DNA of 64,000 nucleotides from Ophelia neglecta (Eukaryota): NCBI GenBank assembly GCA_965285935.1, contig OZ260661.1, positions 123,194,001 to 123,258,000 of the forward strand, read 5' to 3'. Shown piece by piece: positions 1 to 8,830 of this stretch (position 1 is its first letter; each line of letters starts with the position of its first letter). The notes under the pieces were generated by a model. It saw only the letters and a program-made list of their open reading frames with translations, ran no database searches and was not told where the DNA came from. The position numbers and the translations under genes were made by a program.

Positions 1-934
1 CGTAACTTAAGTTTTCCAGGAATTATCGCCTTGGACATTGCTATACCTTGGCCAGTAATTTTGGCAAGAACCCTAGCCTGAATGTATCCTGTTGTAATTG
101 CTCGTTTAATGTCCCTTTTCAATTTTCTGATTCTTGCAGAATTAATTGACATCCATGGTTGCCCATCATGGCCCACAGTGTCTATGATGTAGCCTATGAA
201 CTCGAGTTTTGTTGAAGGTGTCAATATTGACTTCTCATAGTTAATGATAAAACCCAATTGTTCAAAAGTATGTACCACAAAATCAGTATGATCAGCAATA
301 AATTTCTTATGAGCAATTATTAAACAGTCATCCACATACAATACAATTTTTATACCTTGTTCGCGCAGGAACGTGACAACTGGTCTAAGACACTTGTAAA
401 AATAGTATGGGCTACAAGACAAACCAAACGGCAGCACGCACCAAACGTACCACTTGCTCTCAAATTCAAAACCTACATATTTGCGATAATTAACATGTAT
501 TGGGATGTGAAAGAAACCATCCTGAAGATCAGTTTTGGTCAGATGATCTTCAAATGTTATCACTTGGGATACAGTGTTTATGCCTTCATTCTGGAAACTA
601 GGTGTGTTTACATGAGCATTAACCTGCCGTAAGTCTGTAATTAATCTGAATTTTCCATTCTTTTTAACCACACATTTTATTGGTGACACACATAGAGGTT
701 TAGTAAATACTTGTTCTATTGCCCCATTGGCATCCAATTTTGTGATTTCCTCTTTAACGAACTGCTTTCTTTATCACTAAGCTGATATGGCTTTGAATAT
801 GTTTCTGCTGGTTCATTGTCATTGTAGAAGGGAATATGTACTCCGTCTTTTAACCAGCTTTGTATGTTCAACGGCGTTCCGATGTCCTTCCAGTCATTTA
901 TATTCGAAGATAGTCTTTTACTGAAAACACACAT
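1..934 (-). pseudogene. Reverse transcriptase (pol) of DIRS-like element, frameshifted near 767 and 400
   Basis: Joining frames gives ...WLKDGVHIPF...SPIKCVVKKNGKFRLITDLRQVN...DLQDGFFHIPIH...WYVWCVLPFGLSCSPYYF/KCLRPVVTFLREQGIKIVLYVDDCLII...LGFIINYEKSILTPSTKLEFIG. YVDD is at 327-338 and the frame is open to base 1. Confidence 0.85.
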
Positions 935-937
935 GCT

Positions 938-1810
938 TTACTGAGCATTCTGTTGACTTGTATTAGCGGCTTGTTGGTGATGTTCTGGTACGTTAGGTAT
1001 ACCTCTAAAGCCTGGGAAACGTTGACCCATGCCATAGAAAGATCCACGGCCACCGCGGAAGCCACTACCACGGACAAAGCCTCCACGACCCCGATAACCT
1101 CGACTGGGTTCAGGTGTAGTCTGTACGTTGTTAAGAGTAACTGCTGCTTGAAGGGCTGTTATTGCTTCCGGAGTGAACTGGGAGGTATTTCTCCTGAAGT
1201 TTCTATAAATTTTTTCTACTCCTTCGCCGAAATTGTTGTTTACCAGTAACATGGAGTGTTCTTCTTGAAGGTAGCGAATCTGGGCAATTTGGACTGTTAC
1301 TAGGTCTTGAAGGTCTTCTGGGGTGACTGTTTCACTGGTTATTGAGGATAGAAGTTTTATACTAACTTCAGCGTATCGAGCGCATCTAGATACCATGTTC
1401 AGTTTAGCTTGATCCTTCCGTTGAACTCCCTGCCTTGTATCTTCCACTTTCAGCTCCGTAGGTAATTTCACCCGCTGAACTGCGTCTTTAATTACGTTGA
1501 ATTCCTGTTGAATATCCGAGTATGACTCTCTATTGGCCACGTTTTGGCAGAGAGCAATATTTTCATGGGGCACTGTATTGTCGCTCACCGCTGGCGTTTC
1601 ATTTTCTACTGGCCCGTCTTTGATCTTTTCGCGGGAAACTGTATTATCGCTCACTTCTGGCTTATCATATTGTCCTGGCCCTTCTTCGACTTTTTGTTTA
1701 GACTGGGCTTCCTCTAACGCCTTTAACCTCTCTCCGAAGCGGAGGTTATTTTCATTGACAATAGATACGGTTTCTAATAGCTTCTCCAGCTTTTCTTCTA
1801 CGGTGGACAT
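938..1810 (-). CDS. Gag-like ORF1 of the DIRS-like retrotransposon
   Basis: Intact ORF (likely ATG at 1810, MSTVEEKLEKLL) with an N-terminal coiled coil, helical core and RGG-rich basic C-terminus (RGYRGRGGFVRGSGFRGGRG), directly upstream of RT. Confidence 0.75.
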   Translation of the reverse strand: MSTVEEKLEKLLETVSIVNENNLRFGERLKALEEAQSKQKVEEGPGQYDKPEVSDNTVSREKIKDGPVENETPAVSDNTVPHENIALCQNVANRESYSDIQQEFNVIKDAVQRVKLPTELKVEDTRQGVQRKDQAKLNMVSRCARYAEVSIKLLSSITSETVTPEDLQDLVTVQIAQIRYLQEEHSMLLVNNNFGEGVEKIYRNFRRNTSQFTPEAITALQAAVTLNNVQTTPEPSRGYRGRGGFVRGSGFRGGRGSFYGMGQRFPGFRGIPNVPEHHQQAANTSQQNAQ

Positions 1811-1866
1811 GACCAGACAATTTGTTCGTCCTTTGGCGGAAGTACACCAAAAATAGACTGACACTA

Positions 1867-1897
1867 GCGACACCTAGCAGGAATTCCTAGGTGTCGC
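1867..1897. other. Perfect 11-bp hairpin in element 5' leader
   Basis: GCGACACCTAG-caggaattc-CTAGGTGTCGC, about 60 nt upstream of the gag ATG. Confidence 0.7.
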
Positions 1898-1946
1898 ACA
1901 GAAAACCTAAAGTAGTATTCTGGTGGCTGTGTTTCCCATAACTTCA

Positions 1947-2622
1947 ACTACAGACCGACAGATATGGTACCTTGTAACTGATGTGAAAAATACCGAATCC
2001 TACTTGTGTCTATGGAGTTAATATGGTAAACAAACGCCAATATGTAAATTTATTGTAAGGTTTGGGTTAGCATTTAGAGTTAACTTTTATTCTGAAGCCC
2101 AGACGAAGGGAGTTCATATTAATATGTGTTATCTCCTAGTTTGTGTGTTATTTACTGGCGTATGTATATTTTCTTAAAACAAACAATAACCAATTTTTAC
2201 AGACAGTGACATTTTTTTGGCATTTCCACATAAGGGAAATCAGCTCGAATAAATTGTCTCGTGCAGAAAAGAAAAAGAAAAATGCTAATGTTAAGCAATC
2301 TTAGAAAAATAATAACTTTCACTGTTGAGTGCTGTTTGTTTTACCGGTTTGCCGGCTATGTTCTGGGCATGTGACACGCCACTGAAAAAAAACCACTTAT
2401 AAAACCGTTGAAGTTGAAAATATATGGACCTTTCTTGGGTGTTGATCATAGGAATGTCCTAATATCACTAAAAATAATTTATAAACCCCCCCCCCATGCG
2501 AAATGTACGTAAATTGTGTTTAAAAATCAACGTGTCAATTTCTCAACAATAATTCATTTAAAAAAAAATACCAGAGCGCCCAGCGCCAAGTAGGCTGTGT
2601 ATGAATACAGGAGCTTGAAATG
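1947..2622 (+). repeat. Direct repeat copy 1 of the upstream/promoter region of the EF-hand precursor gene (orphan copy)
   Basis: Closely matches 3607-4290 along its length and stops about 20 nt after the TATA position, which here reads TATGAA (2600-2605). Confidence 0.9.
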
Positions 2623-3606
2623 TACTTGATCTATCATGACACAGGAAGTACATTACGGTTACAAAATTGACAGTGTTGAAACGCCTATATAAATGTTCAA
2701 CATTGAAAACATAAAAATAAGTTCATTCAATGACACTGACCCTTAACAATGATTTATGAGTAATAACGTTCAATGATAGAACAAAGAAAAGAGATCGTAA
2801 AGAAGGAAGAGATGGCAAGAGACTTCAATAAATATGTAGAAGCAGATTACTTATATAAAATTTATCATTTTACTACCATGTTTATTAGACAAGCAAGCTC
2901 GGGATTTATGTATGTTTTTGTTGCATTCTTAGAACTAGTACTGATCATGTTATTTTTAATTAACCTGTTACTCACGATTTAGGGTAGACTTTGTTCACAA
3001 ACATCGGCTATTTACGGTGGAATCTAGTTAGATATCAAAAAAGAAAAATATCAAGCGTTTCCATTGTTTTCATGTTGACCGTTATAACTGTAATTAGACC
3101 CATGTTTAAAGTATAGTTTCACCTGATATAACCATCGATATCTCGATTTACTTGCCACAGCCGAATATTTTCAAGGCCGTTTATAAATATTAAAATAGAA
3201 GCATCTTAGAACACGGTCAAATATGTGTTTGCCTTTTGCTTGCAACGCCATAGCCATTGGACTTGGAGTATTCGTATCATATAGGTGATTTTCCTGTAGC
3301 GACTTTTATACATATTGTTTTTACCTATCAGGCTGCATGATCTGACCCAGCGCCGACATCCCTGTATTAATACTAATAATCATTATAAGTAGTGATACAG
3401 AGATGTTGGCACTACAAGTTAGTTTATATAACACGTTATAAGCCGGCTTGTTTACTGTCTGATTGCAATCACCAGATCAACCGACAAGCTCCCGCGCAGA
3501 TTTGTGCCTGAGTGTCACAGTGAGCAGTGACCACGAGATAGCCTTGCATGAAGAAATATAAAGGACAAAATTATGGTTAAGGTAGCAAATGACTACATTA
3601 AACATC

Positions 3607-4290
3607 ACTACAGACCGAGAGGTATGGTCCATTGTAACCGATGTGAAAAATACCGAATCCTATATTTGTGTCTATGCAGTTATTATGGTGAACAAACGCC
3701 AATATGTAAATGTATTGTAAGGTTTGGGTTAGCGTATAAAGTTAACTTTTATTCTGAAGCCCAGACGAAGGGCGTACAAACTAGTACTGTATGTGTAATC
3801 TGCTAGTATATGTGTTATTTACTGGCGTGTGTATATTTTCTTAAAATAAAAAATAACCAATTTTATCAGGCAGTGACATTTTATTTGCATTTCCACATAA
3901 GGGAAATCAGCTCGAATAAATTGTCTCGTGCAGAACAGGAAAAGAAAAATGCTAATGTTTAGCAAGCTTAGAAAAAAAAACTTTCACTGTTGAGTGCTGT
4001 TTGTTTTACCGGTTTGCCTGCTATGTTCTGGGCATGTGACGCGCCACTGAAAAAAAAACACTTATAAAACCGTTGAAGTTGAGAAATATATGGACCTTTC
4101 TTGGGTGTTGATCATAGGAATGTCCTTATATCACAAACAATAGTTTAACAACCCCCCCCCCCATGCGAAATGTACGTAAATTGTGTTTAAAAATCAACGT
4201 GTCAATTTCTCAACAATAATTCATTTAAAAAATAAATACCAGAGCACCCAGCGCCAAGTAGGCTGTGTATAAATACAGGAGCTTGAAATG
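3607..4290 (+). promoter_or_regulatory. Direct repeat copy 2; promoter with TATA box (TATAAA 4268-4273) for the gene at 4326
   Basis: TATAAA lies 58 nt upstream of the ATG; region is homologous to 1947-2622. Confidence 0.7.
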
Positions 4291-4325
4291 CAATCCGGTC
4301 ATTAGAGCCCTCTCTGCCGAACAAG

Positions 4326-5031
4326 ATGTTACGGTTTCATTTGGTGTTGGCATTTGTTTTGGCTTTCGGCGCTGTGGAGGTTGTCGCCTGGTTCGGCCCG
4401 ATAATTACTACCATCAGAATCGGGCTAACCGTCCGAAGATTTGTCAAATGGGGCAGAAATCGACGTAGAGACTCAGCATTGCCTATCCCATTTTACGGGG
4501 CAGATTACTTGTCAGGGCATCTCGGGACGACCTTGGACATAATAGACGAGGATCATGAGAAGGTCAGCCAGGAAGTGGTGGAAAGGCTGGTCAATGACAT
4601 GTACCGCAGACAGCAGACGGGCGAAGACGAGGACGCCGCGGAAATGTCGCATATTTCCGGGGAGATTCTTTTCCTATTGTGTAATGCAAACGAGGACGAG
4701 CATATCGACTTCAATGAGTTCAAGAAATGTTTCCGAGGAACAAACGTCCCTGTGTCCCGTCAGCAGTATCAGGTGTTTGATAAAGACGGTAAGAGTTGCA
4801 GATTTACGTATCATTTAATAGGCGCTATAAACAACTGTTTTTCCGCCGAATAAGGCTATTTTCTGCTATTTACTGTTCAGTCATTTAAAATCGAAACCCT
4901 CCTATATTGACCATACAAAGAAAACGAATACATTTATTTGAAAATTTCTTGTTTTCACAGATGATGGCGTTTTAGGTCCTGAAGAGGTTGTCAATTATGA
5001 TTTCCTGCTCAAGATGCGTGGTACGGATTGA
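4326..5031 (+). CDS. Secreted precursor: signal peptide + cationic peptide + EF-hand domain (177 aa; exons 4326-4788, 4961-5031)
   Basis: Hydrophobic signal MLRFHLVLAFVLAFGAVEVVA, then WFGPIITTIRIGLTVRRFVKW-G-RNRRR. A phase-1 intron (G|GTAAGA 4789 ... TTTTCACAG 4960) restores a canonical EF loop DKDDDGVLGPEE; a second loop is NANEDEHIDFNE. Stop TGA 5029-5031, ATTAAA near 5049. Confidence 0.85.
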
Positions 5032-5112
5032 CTAACTGATTTACTTTAATTAAAGCAGCATTTCGAGAGGTAGCATTTAAGTTTTCTGGCACTCACGGCA
5101 TATAAAATACCC

Positions 5113-6490
5113 CTCTAAATATAATTATTACAATGACCCGTAAATTCCACACCGAGGGGAAGGGGGGAGGTGTTAGTCGAAGGTTGGCGCCCCTTACCCC
5201 CAAGAATCTTCTCCTGAACAGCGGGGCGCGGAGCCTGGCGGGGGTAAATCACTAGCCCTATATATATAAACCTGCCCCTTACCCTATCCCTAACCCTAAA
5301 CACCCAGCCCTAGCCTTAGCCTAGTCATATTTTGCTTTTCGCCACTCACATATAATACCTATAACCTCCACCTTTGCCGAGCCTCCGCCTTTAATCAATA
5401 GCCGAATATATATGCGAGACACGTGCTTTTCTCTTGGTATGCCCACTGTCGGGATCAGACATTGGAATTAAAGTCTGGCTATTTTTTCAGCAGCATTCTT
5501 TAGACAGATTTCTTTAAGTTGGTCCCCTTAACGGCATTATCTCCATTATCACTAACTAAGTCGTTGGCGCAATTACTAACAACCCGTAAGGCAGTTAATA
5601 AAGACGAATTCGAAAGCACAGTTGTCGGGAAACCTCAAAGGGAGGGATAGTTATCAAAGTTAAGTAGTAAAGATAGTGGGGCTGAAATTATTCTCATAAA
5701 TAGGCACTATAATTTTATTTTCGCAGGCAGCTATGATTGTTACAGTACCCTTGCGGTTGACTGTGCCAGTAGATTTGTCATGTACTTGAGGGCTAGAAAC
5801 GCCACTGGGCTGTCCCTCTGTGGGGGAATTCAGGTGAGTAGTACGCATTTCATTTGATCTGCCGGGCGGGGTGGTTGGCCGCCCCCCCCCCCCCCACTCC
5901 GCCATTTTAGGGGGTACTCATGCTTGTTCACCACTTTTGAAAACTGAACACTACATCAGGAAAGGCATTGAATTTTTCACCCCCTTATCTCAGGCTATCG
6001 CGGGGTTTATCATGTTTCCCCCCCCCCCCTAACTCAGGCTTGAAGAATTATCACCCCCCTATTCTCGGCCTCAAGGAAGCACTTAACACCCTTTTATAGG
6101 GGGCATCAATATGGGATAAAATATTTAAATGGAACATATTGAAAGGCATGGGAGCAGGAAGGGGTGTTCTGTATCATAACTCCACATTTTCGGGTAACTT
6201 TCCGACCCCTTTTCTCGGCACATGCTTGTAAAAATAGCCTTTTTTTCAAATTCTAGGGAGGCTGATAAAAAAAGACCCCTTTTTTCAATTTCTCGGGAGA
6301 AAAGAACGAAAATGTACCCCTTTTTCGGGAATTCCCGGGCCCGAGATCGAAGCCAAAAAGTACTCCTTTTACCGAGAAATCGTGAACGCGCATGCAGCCC
6401 CCCCAAACCCATGGACAGGGGGTGACGCGGGTGACGCGGGTGGTGGTGGGAAGATGGGGCGGGAAAGGGGGTGGGGGTTATACCCGTAGA
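5113..6490. repeat. GC-patchy non-coding repeat/TE-derived block with telomere-like motifs and recurring AAAAnnACCCCTTTT-like units
   Basis: CCCTAA/CCCTAG-like run at 5276-5323, poly-C tracts, several AAAA-ACCCC-TTTT-like motifs at 6205-6370 and a G-rich end. Family not identifiable. Confidence 0.35.
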
Positions 6491-6550
6491 GGCTTGCATT
6501 TGCACGAGAGTTAACATATTCTCGTCTCTTATCTTTGAAATATGCTGTAG

Positions 6551-7322
6551 GCATTTGATGACTGCATCAAACAGAAGTACGACCTATGTGAAGATCCCCG
6601 GATGGACGACCTCGCAGACGTACTAACTGGAGCGGAAAAAAGGCTCTCAACAATTTGCCCGGAAGGCACGGAGACAGGTGGGTTGGCATGTTATATTCAA
6701 CAAGCTGAACGATTAATTCAACTAGGCCCTATTTGTCTCTCGTGAATAATTTCGCTGCATTTCTACTAAAATTGTACTTATGTACGCCACTGCCTTCTCC
6801 GATTCATTGTCATGACTATGATCATGATTTGGCGTATACATTTTTAAAAAATCTATGAGCGTGAAGGGTGAATGAGTCCACGGATTTATCTCCTAGAGCC
6901 TCTAAGGAATAGCTATCTCACATCTTCGAGATACTCGAGGAGCAAGTTACTGGTGTTTTAGGCGTCTCCGAACACCCATGGACTCCCCTTTCCCTGAACC
7001 GGTAAGTGCTAAATAGAAACCTTTAATTAACATACTAGCTGATTTGTGTTTCTGTCTCTCAGAGGTGACATTACCGATGGACTGTATCGGCCTGGAGACG
7101 GTCCATTGTGCCCGTAACTTGATGTTCGATCTCCACACGCCAATGGCTCCCTGCGTGGCAATGCACCGCTATGACCACTGTGTGCTGGAGAGGGTCCGCC
7201 GCTGTGAGGGAGAGGCCGGGGGAGACGCTATGCCCCTCTTCGGAGAATACTACCGCCGGAATGGGCCCGTTCGTTGCCCCGTACCAATTCCCATTAAAAG
7301 TGACCGCCGCGACCGCAACTAA
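6551..7322 (+). CDS. 3' exons (6551-6677, 7063-7322) of a cysteine-rich repeat protein; 5' exons not found in window
   Basis: TGTAG|AFDDCIKQKYDLCEDPRMDDLADVLTGAEKRLSTICPEGTET-G|GTGGGT joins in phase 1 to TCTCAG|EVTLPMDCIGLETVHC...PCVAMHRYDHCVLERVRRC...RCPVPIPIKSDRRDRN*. Matching Cys spacing in both exons; AATAAA near 7397. Confidence 0.6.
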
Positions 7323-8830
7323 TTATCAAACATAAGTGATAGGCTTTTATCGCGTTTTGACTTGACGCATGTAATAGTAGAAACTAATTCTCAGACAATA
7401 AAAACTCCAGTCACGTAATGCACCGATCCTGGAGAACGGATGAATCAAATGACCAATGAATGTTATTGATATTAGTAAACTGCCGAGAATATGTTATTCT
7501 TTATAAGTACTTTATTTAGTGATTTCTAATAGGACTATGCACATACGATTTCTTATTCTATATGATGAAATTATTGATACTTGGTGGGATATATTCAGCC
7601 TACTATATAATAACTGTAGCGAAATGAAAGTCCCTGTCTTTTCGGCCATGTTTTGTATATTCAAACTCTACCATTTAACGCGTGTCCAATGGATATTACA
7701 CGTGGTATGTCTAAATTGTCCTCATAAGCTTCAAGATTTTTGTTTTCGAGTAGTATATTCTAATGAGTATTATATTCTGCTAGTAGTATAATCTTGTATG
7801 CTGTACGCTTTTTGTATTTAACAGTGATTTGATAATATTGATAACTATTCTATTATCCTGCTTTAGAAATTAAAGTTTATTAAGTTAAACATTAATCCTG
7901 GTCGATTTTATATGCTTCCTGTCTCTTGATTTAATAAACGATTGATAATTCACAACTGATGTTGGTTCTTTGACAGTGGAAATATGGAAATAGGCTCAAG
8001 ATCTTAATATCGCCCGTTTATCAATCAATTAATTGAGCCAAATGAAAAGTAAGTGTGCAAGACTAAAATGAAGTATTTCATTTCATATTGTAAAATGAAA
8101 CTTATCCCCGAAAATATGGCAAATCCCGCTTGTCCAATTTAAATCTATACGAAGACTGCCTACGTCTCGCTGTAGTCTATTCCTCCGCTGTTCCTCATTT
8201 ATATTAATGAATATATCTATTTTTTTGACATTCTCATTTTAATAGTCTAGGGATGTTTCAAAGCCTCAAGGTTTGGGAAAGTTGTACCACCCACTTCTGG
8301 TAATCTTTTCCTGGCACTGTTCTACAGTCATTTGGCGTCCGAAAGGACATTGTTGTCGATATAGGCAAATTTGGCTAAGTTTTACATTGAGCGCTCTTCT
8401 CTAATATCAAGTATATATCCATACAGTCTTAATGAGTTTTCGTGGCACATGTATGCAAAATCAAACAAACAAAAAACGGCTTTTGAAAGTAACAGTGGGT
8501 TAATAGTGGGAACTTGGTATTTGACATTACAGGGAATCCTGAAAATTTGTAAGCAAGTCTTTATATAAGTTTATCAATATCACTTTTTCTTTATTTACAA
8601 AAGTAAAAGGTCAATGCGGATTTCTAATGGAGGAATTCCACAATAAAACAGAATCAAACTTCTCAATAAAATCATCAATATCAGCTGTCTCAAAACATTT
8701 GTACAGCGCCAATCTAGAGACAAAAAAGTAAGTTATCATGAAAAGAAAATGAACATAAAATACCTAAATGCAAGCAAATATCAATTCACTGAAGGATCTT
8801 AGAAATAATCACAGTTAGATCTCTATAATA

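Larger units (their letters stand above)
1..1946 (-). mobile_element. DIRS/Ngaro-type tyrosine-recombinase retrotransposon, 5' portion (continues beyond left edge)
   Basis: Gag-like ORF followed by an RT with DIRS-type motifs. The right boundary is set where homology to the duplicated host sequence (1947-2622 vs 3607-4290) begins. No integrase or YR ORF is inside the window, so the class is inferred from RT style and ORF order. Confidence 0.8.

Noticed and set aside
4789-4853. C-terminal end of the unspliced 175-aa ORF (GKSCRFTYHLIGAINNCFSAE)
   Set aside because: It is intron read-through; splicing to 4961 completes a canonical EF-hand.
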